Below the pieces are notes generated by a model. That model saw only the letters and a program-made list of their open reading frames with translations, searched no databases and was not told the origin of the DNA. DNA of 64,000 bases. Origin: Adineta vaga (taxonomy: Eukaryota > Animalia > Rotifera). The DNA is taken from positions 16,802,001 to 16,866,000 of the forward strand of contig CP075493.1 in assembly GCA_021613535.1 (NCBI GenBank). Direction: 5' to 3'. Below, one piece after another: positions 1 to 13,229 of the stretch; position 1 is the first letter of the stretch, and every line of letters begins with the position of its first letter. A program made the position numbers and the translations under genes.

Positions 1-503
1 CGATCAAACTATTATTTGTTTTCTTCGGCAAATATACTATTTTATCAAAGAAAGAAAATGAAATTATTTTGTGTCAATATTTATTGATTTCTCGAGTATT
101 TTTAAGATTAATAGCACCTGCATATGGAAACCATTGTTCTCAAGGGGAAAAAAGCGATACTTCAAATACTTTAAATACTTTTTGAAGTACGAGTGAAGTA
201 CGACTGAAGTACGGTGGGTGTGGGTGTGACTATGCTCTTAATCCACACCCACACTTTCAAATCGATTTTATTACTATTCTTATTTTCATCAACGAAACTT
301 ACACGATAAAATCAAAACAATGATAACGGTTTTCTATGTATATAGTGCACCAGGTAGTTTTTGTACAAGAAATAAATTCAATATGAATTTGATTTGTATA
401 GTATCAGATATTCCAACGGATAAACTCTCAAATGTAGATATTAAAATAGTAAATTCTCTTTCTTTTTTTAATTCAGTTGAATTCTATAGTTTTCTTTGAA
501 TAG

Positions 504-647
504 ATTCCTTCATGTCCACATATTTTGCGTCCAGAAATCGAATGTGAAAATTCTATACCAACTTTTTTGACATTTAATAGCAAATTATGTCGAGGATGCC
601 CACGTTGTGATTTACCAATAGGCGAACAAACCAAAGAAGATGTTTAG
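504..647 (+). CDS. Possible terminal exon of a small Cys-rich peptide gene
   Basis: Pyrimidine-rich acceptor (tttctttgaatag, ending 503), then open frame IPSCPHILRPEIECENSIPTFLTFNSKLCRGCPRCDLPIGEQTKEDV* with 5 Cys. Candidate short upstream exons lie near 346-448, but no clean start exon was found. Confidence 0.3.
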   Translation: MPSCPHILRPEIECENSIPTFLTFNSKLCRGCPRCDLPIGEQTKEDV

Positions 648-1227
648 AATTATTAATTAAAATAAAAGATTTTTTCTTTTAATCAGAAGAAAAAATAGAA
701 TAGTTTTCTTATTTTTTCTTTAAAGTACGTCAGTAATGTATGTTTATAATAATAATACATTCTTCATGTGCTTTCGTTCGTCACAATTCATTGCCAATAT
801 CTATGAATAGATTTAATCATTACAGGTTATAATTGCAATTTTTACGAGTAATAAATCATACATTATTTTCAGTATACCGAGTCATTAGATAACATTGAAT
901 ATTCTGTCGAACTATTTCGTGAGGATGTGGAGTTTAGGTGAAGATAAAACAGAAAAATCTATATCTTGATTATCAGTGATAAATATTATGCAATGTGTCA
1001 TACTTCCTAAGAAGTACTTTGAATAATCTCGGTTTTTACTGTCTAAAATACTTTCGTGATGATAATACATTATGATTTATTGCAAATCGTAAATGGATTA
1101 TAAAATTTATTGCTTCTTGTAAGCTTGGAAACTTTTAACAATTAATCATTCCGTGTATGTATATATAAAGTATGCCAATTTGAGAAAAATTTCAATATTC
1201 ATACTTTTATACAACGAAACACAAGAA

Positions 1228-1648
1228 ATGCAGTTTTTAACAATACTTTTTCTTTTGGCGGCAGGTAATTACATTATTTGAATTCTTTTATAACGAACTA
1301 TAATTAGAATTCGTTCTAATGTGAAATACATAGCCAATATTCACTTTTGTTTTATTTGCAGGTCTTTTATGTTTTCATAAATATGCCGCCGCTAATGCAA
1401 TATATCCAACATCAATGGAAGTTGACTCTATTCTGAACACGTCTGAGACAACGACATTGAATCAAACAATTAATTGGACATTAAGTGATAATTATATTCA
1501 GGCAAAAGAATCAATGGTAGTTAGAAGTGAATCGAATCAATCACTTTCAGTCGGAGCAATTATTGGAATTGTGATAGGAACAATGGCCGGTTTTTGTATA
1601 TTCTGTTGTTTCTGTATGTTTTGTTTGAAAGGTTTCTGTTCAGACTGA
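1228..1648 (+). CDS. Small secreted/type I single-pass membrane protein (2 exons: 1228-1264, 1362-1648)
   Basis: ATG 1228 gives the signal-like MQFLTILFLLAA. A phase-1 GT-AG intron 1265-1361 joins in frame to the 1415-1648 ORF. Ser/Thr-rich ectodomain with N-x-T sequons, TM GAIIGIVIGTMAGFCIF, Cys-rich tail. TATA-like tatatataaa near 1160. Confidence 0.7.
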
Positions 1649-2511
1649 TTACCATTAATAAGTAAACCCCAAATATAAGAATTGAAATGCATCATTCTGA
1701 TGCGAAAGATCAAACAGAGATATAGTTGGCATTAGTCATATAATTTGGATCAAGTCGATTAGTAGAGAGTACATAAGCATCTAGATTGCTTGATGATATT
1801 GAATTTTAATCAATGATGGTGATGTACCATCTTGAGGGTGTGGGTTAAGAGCAAAGCCACAATCTCATCCACCCACACCCTTGATATGTCCGTAGATCGT
1901 CACTACAACACCGTAGAAAGCAATTATGAAACTTATAAAGATTGACAAGAATTCTTATAATCCAGTTCCTCATTGAAACGTTATTAAAGCAGAGATATCC
2001 ATCGCAGTTGAATATGTGTCACTGTCGCGATGGTATTTTTGAAAATCTCTGGTTTTCCAAGACTCTGATCCATTTAAGCGGAAGCTGCTGCTACTAATCG
2101 ATCAAATTCATCAAATTTTGAGGGGATGGGTGGGGTATATTTATTGATCAATCTCAATCACACCCATCGTTTGCGGGGATATGTTTTGTTTGGAAATAAT
2201 GGACAAGGAAATGAATCATATCAATCTGATTGAGCTAGAAGAATGTGTTTTGATCAACTGGGAAATCTTTATGTAGCTTTATATGAAAATCATCGAATAC
2301 AAAAATTTGCAATCGAATAAACAAAGACCAATGACAGCGAAAATGAAAATCTGCACAGGTCTACGATAAATAAAATTTGTTCTCTTTTATATTTGAGGGT
2401 GAGGATATGGTTACGATAAATATTTTTTATCCACACCCGCAAACGCTACTTATTTATTTTATTTTTAATAGACAAGTCTTTTATTTTATTGATTTTCTTT
2501 GTTCATTTCAA

Positions 2512-3581
2512 TTATTGAATTTGAGCAGTTTTATTTATAGTTATACCTGTTCGTGAATGAATCATTATTTTTGGTTTCTTCAATCGAATTGCTCGTAAAA
2601 GTTGATCACGAAAACCAGTCAATGAAATGATTGAAACATAAAATGAAGTACTAAAAAATGTATAAGATAATAAATTAATAATTTCACCGATAATATTTTC
2701 CCAAGCAACTTGTAATGCTGATTTTGACCAATTTCCTGTAATATTTCCATATATTAAATTTGCTGCATATGGTAAAAATGAAATCATTGCAACAAATATA
2801 TCCAAGAAGAGCATAATTGTCAATTGTACATCCATCTTTTGTATAGCAGATTGTTCCCCATGAGTTCCTCCATCATTTGTTACTGCTGGAACAACCCGTC
2901 GTCGTTGAGCAACAAGATGAACACTTCGTCCAATTAAAATTCCAAGTATAGTTAAAACAATCATTGGAAAAAGACAGGTGACAATTGCACCGAATAGATT
3001 ATCGAAATAAGCATAGAAACCTGGTTGAGCTTCACATTTTCCGTTTGCTGCTCCGCCATACCAAATTAATTTATGAAAAAGTGCAATTAACCATATGAGA
3101 TAAGATATAATCACGAGCTTTTTAGCTAAAGGAACACGATTTCCCCATCGACGAAAGCCTAAAATTAAAGAAAGAGCTTTTGAGAAAAAGAAAAGAATTC
3201 ATTCGACTTACCAGGTGATCGATGTGCTAAGAAAATTCGATCAAGTGTTGCCAATGCTAAGAAAGTAAAAGCAAGTTGATTACCATAACTCGAACCGAAT
3301 TGACGAATTTTACACAAAAATTCATATCGTGTCATGATGGGAATTTTAAAACCTTTCTGTAAAATTCGTGTTAAAAGAATCGAATTCATATAAATAAAAT
3401 CAACAACAGATCGCCAAAATAAATAAACAGAACAAGCTCGACCACGTAATGATCGAGATCTGTAAATAATTATATTACCAATACTACCAAGAACACCAGT
3501 CACATATATAAATAATCCAAGATAAATATTCAATTGTATTGGAGCAATTAATAGGCCAGAACTTATACTATTCGAAGACAT
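2512..3581 (-). CDS. Rhodopsin-like (class A) GPCR, 2 exons (3581-3212, 3158-2512)
   Basis: TM1 GVLGSIGNIII, CKIRQF at the start of TM3 and a DRY-like ATLDRIF. A 53-nt GT-AG intron 3159-3211 joins both ORFs in frame (SP-G-FRRWGNRVPLAKKL). TM6 FLPY, TM7 FYVS and helix-8 FR. Confidence 0.85.
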
Positions 3582-4258
3582 GTTAGAAATGGAAATGAGA
3601 AAGATCTCAAATTTTTTTTTCTTTTTATAAAAAAGAGTTAGGCATGAAATCATGATGACAGAATTTGTTTCCATCTCGTAGAATTGGAAGTAACTGAATG
3701 CCTACTTTATAATGTTTTTTTAACGTGAAATAATTTTGTAGTATATTCAGAACAAAAGAAATCGAGGATAAAACAAATGTAGATTAGTTTAATGTGACAA
3801 AATCATGAATAGTTTCTTTTCAAATTCTTTCGGTATCTTATTAGTTATTCAAGCAAACAACTTCACACTTCGATAATCCATAAAGATTGATGAGAAACAA
3901 ATTATCAGATATGAAGAACTTGAACTTAATTATTATTTTCAAAGACATTTCTCGGTCATATATGACGAGTGAATTTGCGAAAAAGTACATTTTTTAACTC
4001 ACATTATGTTTAATTATGAATCTTTTTTGTGAATGAATGTATAGATTATATCTTCTTCTTCTATCGTCGTACATGTATTCGATTATTCACAGTTATTCGT
4101 GTAACTATTGTCTTGATCAATCCTTGATACGAAGTTAATATATTCTTGACTCTTCGTCGAAGTGTTGCTAAAGATGAAAGAAAAACGAACGGAAAAAGGT
4201 CGTGTGAGATAATGTTAGCGTCATCCACTGGACCCTTTATTCTCAGATTTCTCTTTCT

Positions 4259-4289
4259 ACATATATATATATATATGTGTGTGTGTGTT
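4259..4289. repeat. (AT)n(GT)n compound microsatellite
   Basis: acatatatatatatatatgtgtgtgtgtgt read directly. Confidence 0.8.
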
Positions 4290-4529
4290 TGTTTTTGTGT
4301 TTATGGTGAGATTAAATTAATACGAAACAAGCTCGACAGGAGCTAACAGAGTTATATGAGCTTCAGAATATATTAGAAAAGAGGTCAGTCAAAAGGTAAA
4401 AATGGTATTTGTGGCGACTGGAATTGGATTTGACCAACTAAGTAAAAATAAGCTACTTAGTAAATCATGATTAAAGAGGAGGTCGTCATTTTTCTGTTGA
4501 ACAAAATTCGTTTTGTTGTCACGACACAC

Positions 4530-4790
4530 AGAATTTGATTCTGTCATTGTATTCAAATCACCAACATAAATATTCGATTCATCATTATTAACAATAACTG
4601 AACATGGATGATTCAATTGATTTATATTCAATCTAACATTATTTTCACCACAGACTGGACACCATTTTTACTATCAAATGACTATAATATTGAACGTGAT
4701 AAATTGAGATAATCTGAAAAATAGATATTACTCATTTTTTTCGTAACAAAAAGTCCTGCTCGATGATCCAATTCAGATTTGGAATCAGAC
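4530..4790 (-). pseudogene. NHL-repeat (beta-propeller) protein remnant
   Basis: Two NHL-like units on the minus strand, ELDHRAGLFVTKKMSNIYFSD and NQLNHPCSVIVNNDESNIYVGD, separated by a stop or frameshift. Confidence 0.5.
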
Positions 4791-5496
4791 CGGTGGACCG
4801 GTGTATACTGATTTAATTGATATTTTTGTTAAATTTTCGATATCCGGAGGATTTTCGATGTTAGTCGTTTCATAAATAATGGGAAATATTTTCATTGAAT
4901 CTTGGTTACCAATAGTAGAGATACAACATAACTACTAAAAGTAGCGAAAATGTCGGGGGAATTTTGTTATGAAAACGTTTCGCATACTGGAAATAAGTCT
5001 TTATCTCTTCCAAAGAGTTGATATAATGAAAAAAATAATAAGAGTGATTATGATAACGATAATTGACCAAAAATGCACCTAAGACTATCAGTGTCGATCC
5101 GTATGGTCAATATATATTTAAATGCGGCGTTGAAATTAAAATTCTGCTTGTGTAGCGAGAATATATATATGGTGGGAAAATATAATATAATAAAGAAACA
5201 ATGAAAGAAAGAGAATCATAAAACAAAATGGGGTCCATCAGAAAAAGACATTGCAAATATGATAGTGAAAGAATGATGCCAGTATTAACAAATTTGAATC
5301 TATGCAGAAATAACGTAGTGTCACTAAAGCACTTTTAATGACTGAACGAATAAGAGCAATAAAGAGAATTACAACATTTTTAAACTGATTTCAAATTCAA
5401 AGTTAAAATGTCACTTCTAATTATTTTCTTTTATATTTATTCAAATTATTTCCATTGTAAATAGATATTATCATTTAAACAATTCCTTTTTATAAT

Positions 5497-6400
5497 CTAA
5501 GAGAAGTTTTTTTTATTATGAATCATTTTGTTTAAGTTATTGATCATCTTATCATCTGTCATTGGATTATAAAAACACAATGAATTAAGATAAGAATTTA
5601 ATGTAATATTGATTTTTTTAAGAATAGATCGAATATCTAAATGAGGTATAGATGTTGAAATAAGATTTTCCCATGGAAAAGCATTGAGATAATCGATATT
5701 GTTAGAACGAGTATTTAACGAATAAACTTTCAATGTTGAGCCTATATTTCTAATTAACACTTCAAAATCAAACATTCTTTCATTGAAATACATAAAAAAT
5801 GTGTTAAATTACACCATAGGATAGGACGAACGTTTTGAACTGTTGGATAATAATAAAAATGTTTCTTGAGAATAAGACAACAAAGATATGGTGTATATGA
5901 TAATAGATTTCAAATATCAAAGAAAGAAAAACTATGATTAATAACAAGATGTTCTAAATTCTCTGTTTGTATTAAAAGGTAATAATTCGAATCGATATAA
6001 ATGATTATCTATTGATAATTTGAAATATTTCAATGTTTGTAAAGTAAAAATAAATTTATAAATTTGAGCAATATTGACATTATTATCTAATATTTCGATT
6101 GTTATAATGATTTGAGACAAGGTAAAAGTTGTAAATTTGAAAAAAATTAGTTAAATTAACATAAAGTGATTCGAGATAAATAAATGATGAATCAATTGTA
6201 TTTAATGGAAATATTAAATGAAGTGAATCGATTTGTTGTTTATTAGATTGAATAATTTCATTATAATTATTCTGGAAATGCTCGTCGAGAATATTTAAAT
6301 AAAATGAGGTTTAAGATTTCATAGAAAAGTTCATTGAATAAATCTTCAATTGAAGATCTAGAAAATAAAAAGAATTATTTTCATTTTCATGAAACTTACA
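5497..6400 (-). pseudogene. Degenerate F-box-like/LRR-like protein gene
   Basis: F-box-like start SSIEDLFNELFYEIL (about 6315-6357) after a short intron-like segment. Fragmented downstream frames IFTLQTLKYFKLS and DYLNAFPWENLISTSIPHLDI, with multiple stops and shifts. Confidence 0.45.
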
Positions 6401-7176
6401 TGTTTTCTTTCATATTGATATGACGTTGTATTTCAATCATATATCAATATCATATATAAGAGGGTTAACTGCGGAATTGGTGGACGGCGATGATAACTGA
6501 CAAAGACGTTTGTTTTAGCTGAAATTTAGAGTATCTTGTCGATTTTATTATACGTAAAGAATGTCAATGTGAATATTTGTTCTATTATTCATTGTAAAAT
6601 ATTTCTATAAGAATTAAAATTTTACATTCTACTAATGAATATTTTCTAGTACAGGGTCCTGATGTTCGTACAGTATATGGTGAGAATATCAATGAGAATA
6701 TCTTCTTTCAGTCTCTAAAAACACGTGACTTTGTATTTTCCGTTACAATATTACAATTCTTTTACTTGTTCGTAACGCTTCTCTCGATCTTGGAATGGTT
6801 GCTACGCATTAATCATCTATTTTTTTCCAACATCAGATAACTACACACTAGTCACCGAGACGAAAAAAGGGAAGAAATAGTAACACTCTTTTCTAGATAG
6901 CGAAGCCTCATTTTACTTGGAAACCAACTTTTTTCACACGATACCATCATCAATCATTATTCAGTCTAGATACAATAAAATATTGACACTCAAGAACCAT
7001 ATCTTACTGTTATTTGGATGTAGGTGTAGTATATTTATTGATCCATCTCACTCACAGCTAAACCCACACCCTCAAGATGGTTGTTACAACAATTATATTA
7101 TATAGATCATTATATAATTCAATCAAATTCATGAAGTTACATCTATTCTTTTTCATAGTTTTCTTTTCTTGTTCAA

Positions 7177-10100
7177 TTAAGATAGTTGTGGTCTAATACG
7201 CATTCGATTATTTAAAAGAAGTATTATACGAATAAAATGCGGAATAACCAAGTAAAGTACAAGTGAGATGGCCATGTAAAAACTAAGGAATACAGTCAAT
7301 ACGTATAAGAAATCAAATCGATCTGCAACTGGATATGTACAATAACGAGGAGCACATTCCGTAAAAAATAATTCATATGATATATTCGTCAACCAACTGT
7401 CAATAAAAAGTTCATTGATAATCGTAGTAAATGTATCCTCTGTAGAAAAGTGTTGTAATAATGATGCATTTAATGGAGAAAAATCTGGCCGAGCAAATGG
7501 ACTATACCATGCAGTGTTCGATCCATATGGAGATCCGAGTTTAGTTGACAAGAAAAATGAAGTTAAACATGAATATGAATAAAAACACGAGAGCGATGTT
7601 GCTAGATATGATTCCAATAGAAAACAACCATACATAACACTATCAATCGTATGAAGTAATGTTCCATTCCATGAATAGATACCAGCAAGCTGCATACATT
7701 TACGCGAAGTAGCACAAGAACATGATGAATTGTATATCACTGGTTCAGTAAAAAATAATTTCTCGCTAACGTTTGAATATTGTTTGACTTTGAGTAACCA
7801 ATTAGTACTAAAGATAGACATGATAGCATTACCTTGTACAATATCTTGATTAAGTTGTAGAGTATGTATAAAATTTTTACGCATATTAATTAATAGTTGA
7901 TTAATTTTTATCGTAGTTTGTGATTCAAATTCATTACGATCTAATAATTGAACAGTAATAAATGATGTCGATTGAAAACTTCGAATTGAGTTCGATATGG
8001 TTGAATTGGCTAAGTTACAGAATGATCGAATCCAAATAAAAAGACTTGTTCCCCAACGACGAAAGTCTATCGGATAAACCCACGCAATATTATCTGGAAC
8101 ATTGAGAGCGCCGAGCCAATTTATCCATTCAGAACGCTTTATATAATCACTGTTGCATATAGGATGTAGACTTGCATTCAATCTTGTAATAAATAAACGA
8201 TGAGAAATTGCAATTTTTGAACAAGGACATTGAAGTGTATTGCTATACATAGATTTTAATCGTTCGAAATCTTGTATAGATGGATTGTATAAATATTCAG
8301 AATGATATCGTTTTATTAAACTTGTATACATCACAAGTCCAATAATTGACAGAGAAAATAATATAATATAGAGTTTTGTTGAAAGTCGTTCTTGATAGAC
8401 AGTATTAACTGTACTGGATCGTTTTGAAAACCAATTAACTAATAAAAATTTTGACCAGAATTTTTTATATGCAGAAATTGATCGAGAAGTATCAGATTCT
8501 CTAGGATTTGTTTGAATGTAATTCAGACGCAAACACCTTAATATAAATCGTACAATCCATGGCACAAGAATTCTTAAGCCTTTATTCAAACCACCATATA
8601 TAGCAATAATAGTTAGGATAGTTAAAATAATGTCATATCGTATTTTTTCCGTATAAGTACACGTTTTCGGTGAACAACCATAATAAAATTTTTCATAAGA
8701 GACATGTACAGTCCAACTTTCAAGAAGAAGTTGAGTCATTAATTCCCTCATTGTTGTGTTTGGATAAAATCGACTGGTTAAACTGACATTCAACGGTGTA
8801 ATATCAAACATATCTTCTATACCTGTCATCAAAAATGAGTTACGAATATATGTTAAACATGATTTATTAAACCAACATTCTAATGTAGAAATAAGTGCAT
8901 CATCCATTCTTAAACAACCAGAAAATAATCCACGAGGAAAATATTGTACCGATGATGAATTATAATAGAACCATACGGCTGTACCACAAAGAGAAGTATC
9001 ACCTGCGCACGAACAAAAAGTAGCACTTCCATATGGATGATTGTAATCGATAATGAACGATAGTTTAGACACCATGATAATTTGTCCGTTTGGTTTTAAA
9101 TAAATCTGTGCATTTGAACTAGGTTCTGTCACCAATTGGTTAGCAATCGTAACACTTTGTAATAGAGCAAACATGTTTGTAAAATCACTTAAAGTTGTAT
9201 TAGTAAATGTATCAATGAATAATTGTGTTTGTTCCTCAAATTGCCACTGAGGTAAAACATCATTATTAATAAATTGAGTAGCATTGAATATACGTAATGA
9301 ATCACTAATAGTGTTGTTAGCTAAAGCACAAAACGATTCAAGTACTGCAAAATTGGATGGCTTTATTCGACGAGAATTATAATATAAATTTTGTGTAGAG
9401 AAATTTCCATCAAATAATCGATTATACCAATTAGATGAGATAAATTGACTTGAACAAAGTTGATGTAACGTAGGTGTAATTTCAATAAATTCATTTTGAG
9501 CTATTGATAACTGAGAACATTCACATTTAAGAGAATCTGAATGGCTCTGATATAAATATGTATAAGTACTTAATGATGGATTCATAACTGTAATATTCTG
9601 TAATTGTGAAGAAAAAAATGTATAAACTCCAAGACCACTGATACAAATAATAAGACAAATAAAATAGACACGAGTAGAAATGTGTTGACGATAAATAACA
9701 TGTTCATCACGAGAATATGTATTAAAGATATTCAAGTTCAACAGTAATATATAGATTTTATTTGGTACAGAACGAAGGAATAACATGAACTTTTGTTTCA
9801 TGTAATTTTGTTCTGACTGCGTTGCTTGAACATTTTCCATCGTTTGTCGACGTCGATGATAAACAAGCAAAACTAATTTCACAATAAATAATGTAACAAA
9901 TTTTAATATAAAAACTAAACCTCCAAATACAGCGAGTATAGTAGTGAACATGAACCGAAAATCAAATCGTTCAGTAGAAATATAAGTGCATAATGATGGT
10001 TTACATTGTGAATAATAAAGATTAAATGAAGTGTTGAGTCGTATTTCTTCAATAAATAATTCATTAAGCATGTTTTCAATTGATGTATTCATGTGAGGAT

Positions 10101-11103
10101 ATCTATTGGATATTGATAAAAATAAAGATGTTATATTTAAATTTGGATGTAATATATCTAAGCAAGTTGATTGATAATAACATTCAAATGTAGAACGGAG
10201 AAGTGCATCAAGTGGATAACAATCAAAGAATATTCCTGGTATAGTTCTGTTGGCACTGATATCATTATAAATACCTTTTGTATTCCACATGGCAAATTCA
10301 AAGAAACCAGATAATTTTGAACAACCAATAGAACTGGATTTACCACACAAACAATCATCGTATATATTACTTACAAAATTTAGACCTGGATATCCTTCAG
10401 TTAGAGTATAGTAAATAGGAAAATCCATATGAGCATTTATACCTAAACCAGAAATAAGTTTCTCATTAGATGTAATATAGCGAATAGCACGAAGATTTCG
10501 TGCAAATGTAGTTTTAGCAGTATTAATCATGAATTGAAGGGCAGCTTCTGTTCGTATTTTAACTTCAACAGCGGACATTAATTGTAGACTAAGTATTGTT
10601 GAAATATTAAAATTATCAATTGTATTTGCGATGATATCTTGAAAATTTTGACAAAATGCAGCAACTAACTGCCAAAATGCATTTAATATTGTGCGAATAT
10701 CCATTGGCCAAATATAAGTGACATTAGCTGCATAAAGTGATTCAATCCATTTCAATGAAATAAAATGACTCGAACAAACTGAATGAAAACTAATATTGAT
10801 TTGCACAAATGTTCCATAGGGTATTGCTACTCTCCAACAATCACATCGAAGACTAGTGAATGATTGTTTGAATATGTCTTCAAATTGCCTATGATTTGGG
10901 TATTCAACTGTGATAGTGTTCGTGTGAACACTAAAACCTGTATATATAATTAATGCAATAAATGCAATAGTCATTAAACTTAAATAGACACGAGTAGATA
11001 GACGTTCGCGTTGTATAGTGTTGATATCAGTTGAATCTGATTCGAATACATTCAACGTGACTAATTCTTTTTGAATCCAATGAATGATACGCATAATTAT
11101 CAT
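7177..11103 (-). CDS. Intronless 1308-aa multi-pass membrane protein made of three ~430-aa Cys-rich repeats, function unknown
   Basis: Long uninterrupted ORF. Each repeat has LN.F...(E/Q)(R/H).ST(R/K).Y plus a TM helix, C-x-C, H..C(S/N)S, a large glycosylated Cys-rich loop, C.P..CTY and a second TM helix. Confidence 0.85.
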   Translation of the reverse strand: MIIMRIIHWIQKELVTLNVFESDSTDINTIQRERLSTRVYLSLMTIAFIALIIYTGFSVHTNTITVEYPNHRQFEDIFKQSFTSLRCDCWRVAIPYGTFVQINISFHSVCSSHFISLKWIESLYAANVTYIWPMDIRTILNAFWQLVAAFCQNFQDIIANTIDNFNISTILSLQLMSAVEVKIRTEAALQFMINTAKTTFARNLRAIRYITSNEKLISGLGINAHMDFPIYYTLTEGYPGLNFVSNIYDDCLCGKSSSIGCSKLSGFFEFAMWNTKGIYNDISANRTIPGIFFDCYPLDALLRSTFECYYQSTCLDILHPNLNITSLFLSISNRYPHMNTSIENMLNELFIEEIRLNTSFNLYYSQCKPSLCTYISTERFDFRFMFTTILAVFGGLVFILKFVTLFIVKLVLLVYHRRRQTMENVQATQSEQNYMKQKFMLFLRSVPNKIYILLLNLNIFNTYSRDEHVIYRQHISTRVYFICLIICISGLGVYTFFSSQLQNITVMNPSLSTYTYLYQSHSDSLKCECSQLSIAQNEFIEITPTLHQLCSSQFISSNWYNRLFDGNFSTQNLYYNSRRIKPSNFAVLESFCALANNTISDSLRIFNATQFINNDVLPQWQFEEQTQLFIDTFTNTTLSDFTNMFALLQSVTIANQLVTEPSSNAQIYLKPNGQIIMVSKLSFIIDYNHPYGSATFCSCAGDTSLCGTAVWFYYNSSSVQYFPRGLFSGCLRMDDALISTLECWFNKSCLTYIRNSFLMTGIEDMFDITPLNVSLTSRFYPNTTMRELMTQLLLESWTVHVSYEKFYYGCSPKTCTYTEKIRYDIILTILTIIAIYGGLNKGLRILVPWIVRFILRCLRLNYIQTNPRESDTSRSISAYKKFWSKFLLVNWFSKRSSTVNTVYQERLSTKLYIILFSLSIIGLVMYTSLIKRYHSEYLYNPSIQDFERLKSMYSNTLQCPCSKIAISHRLFITRLNASLHPICNSDYIKRSEWINWLGALNVPDNIAWVYPIDFRRWGTSLFIWIRSFCNLANSTISNSIRSFQSTSFITVQLLDRNEFESQTTIKINQLLINMRKNFIHTLQLNQDIVQGNAIMSIFSTNWLLKVKQYSNVSEKLFFTEPVIYNSSCSCATSRKCMQLAGIYSWNGTLLHTIDSVMYGCFLLESYLATSLSCFYSYSCLTSFFLSTKLGSPYGSNTAWYSPFARPDFSPLNASLLQHFSTEDTFTTIINELFIDSWLTNISYELFFTECAPRYCTYPVADRFDFLYVLTVFLSFYMAISLVLYLVIPHFIRIILLLNNRMRIRPQLS

Positions 11104-12528
11104 TACTAATACTTGATGGAATGGACAAAAATTAAGAGTTTTGCAACTGATCGATTGAAAAGTAATATATAATATGTCATCTTGCTTGCGTATATATTTG
11201 AAAACAAAAATTTTCTATAATATTTTTTCAGTTAAATTAAGAAAAACAGATGGCAATCAGAAATAAATGTAACAGCTATTTTATGTAAAGTCATAAAATG
11301 TAACCTGGACGGGATAATATTACTTTTTTGTACTATAATCAATCTTTTTCACAAAAAATGATACGATGAAAATATCTAAATAACAAATAGAATTATATAT
11401 TTAACGTTACATTCATTATTTTGAAATTTTCATTTTAGGTATTATACATCATCATATGGCTATTTATATGTGTTCCGGCACAACTTTTTATACTTGAATT
11501 TTTGAAAATTGAATATCGCGACAAAAATCGACAAATGAAACTGATAGTATAAGTCGAATTTTTAGTATAACATTATGTTCTTGAGAAGGACTTTCAGTGA
11601 AATACATAAGATATTTCATTTTAAAAGTATTTTATTAGAATGATGTTTTTATTCTGTGCAATATTGAAATGCATTTCTTTTTTTTCAACAACGTTCATAA
11701 TAAAACAGCAGAAACAATCATTTGGATTGTTTATCATATAGAAACTCAAGGTAAAACATTCTTAGAATATTATTAAAACAATTATATTTTAAATTAGGAA
11801 CAACGTTTTATTTTCTTTTTCACTTTCCGTTAACAAATGGTTCTATAGAAATTTCTATACGTAGAAAGTGAGCAGATGAAAGTGGACAAACATATCGTCA
11901 GAATACATACTAATTTTCTTTTCAAATCTCGAAGATTATATCCAGATTATAATCACTAATTATTAGAATTCATTACGATAGTTTTAGAACCAAGTATTCC
12001 AATTGTGAGGTAGGTGAGTATGTTGCTAACAGGAAGGTCAATATATTCGTACCCTAGTCGATCCATACCCACATAATTAAGATGGATAATATGACTGCTC
12101 AGAAAATCACAAGTTCTTCTCGGATATCAAATAATTGTGTTGTAAAAAAATGGATGAAATTTGCTCATAATATATCATAGTTTCTTTCCATCGATCATTC
12201 GTTGAAAAGAAGAAAGATGAATGCAGTTAACTTGAATTCTTAATCATATATAAAGTGTTTAAGGTAACCAAATGTTCATGCTTCGTCTCCTAGTATTTGT
12301 ATTTGCGTTTCCTAGGCTAGCTTCTAATTAGAAGAATGGTGCGCTTTGCGTGTACGGCTCCCGTCTCTCATTAGTTTTCTGTAAGATTATATAAACTACA
12401 CAAGAATAAATTTGTTTTTAAAATACATATGAAACATAGTGAGGATATCGTTGACAGAGTGAGTAACTTGTTTATCTGTACTATCATCCACATCCATCAA
12501 TCCAACTGATAAAATTAGTATTATTCAA

Positions 12529-12850
12529 TTGAGAAATAGTACTAATTCGATTTCTCGAGATATTTATCAAATAACATCGAAATTTACTTATCATGCTGGT
12601 CTTTATACATCTAGTGATCAAAACTATGCATTTGTAAGTCAATCACAATATTGGGATAATACAAATCAACAATGGATATTTGAACATCTCGATGGTGATT
12701 TCTATGTAATAAATGGAGATACGATACAGTTATATGACTGGATCAATTCTGAGTGTGAAAAAAGGAAATTTGAATTTCTTTCAAACGGTTATAATCGTAT
12801 AAAACAAAAACATACTTTAAATCAATGTCTTGAATTACAAATGTGTTCTA
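12529..12850 (+). pseudogene. Ricin-B (beta-trefoil QxW) lectin-like fragment
   Basis: DNTNQQWIFEHLDGDFYVING, DTIQLYDW and RIKQKHTLNQCLE resemble ricin-type lectin repeats. No proper start; truncated. Confidence 0.4.
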
Positions 12851-12909
12851 ATGGTTGTTCTATTTTCAAAATCGCGTCGATTCTATTCGATTCGATGATG
12901 CGGTATATT

Positions 12910-13153
12910 TGATTGGTATAATTTTATCATCATCAGATACTTCTTTCTTCATTTTCATGTAAATTTCAACAGGTGATAGTTTATGAAATATATAATATAA
13001 ACCTCCGCTAATAATTATACCGAGGAAAAAATTCAATTGATACATTTTAATAATCACTGATGGAACAGATACACCGAGAGCATCAATAAAACCAAGAGTC
13101 CTTGTTAGTATTCCAGCAACGTAAGCAACATATGCTCGCTAATTGATACCACG
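12910..13153 (-). pseudogene. C-terminal fragment of an NCS1-family (Fur4/Dal4-like) nucleobase/allantoin permease
   Basis: RGIN*RAYVAYVAGILTRTLGFIDALGVSVPSVIIKMYQLNFFLGIIISGGLYYIFHKLSP matches the GxNWRAxxAY...GF...YxLNFFxG..S..xY terminal helices. The Trp codon has become TAG at 13139-13141. The 5' part is missing. Confidence 0.65.
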
Positions 13154-13229
13154 AGGGTGTGGATGGATGGATGGATATGAATGTGAATGTGGACATCCTC
13201 TCCTCTATCACCCTCACTCATCATCCACA

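Noticed and set aside
3582-3674. Upstream extension of the GPCR ORF (METNSV...KKKKK)
   Set aside because: Contains a TATA-like/poly-A run. The Met at 3581 gives a typical short N-terminus before TM1.
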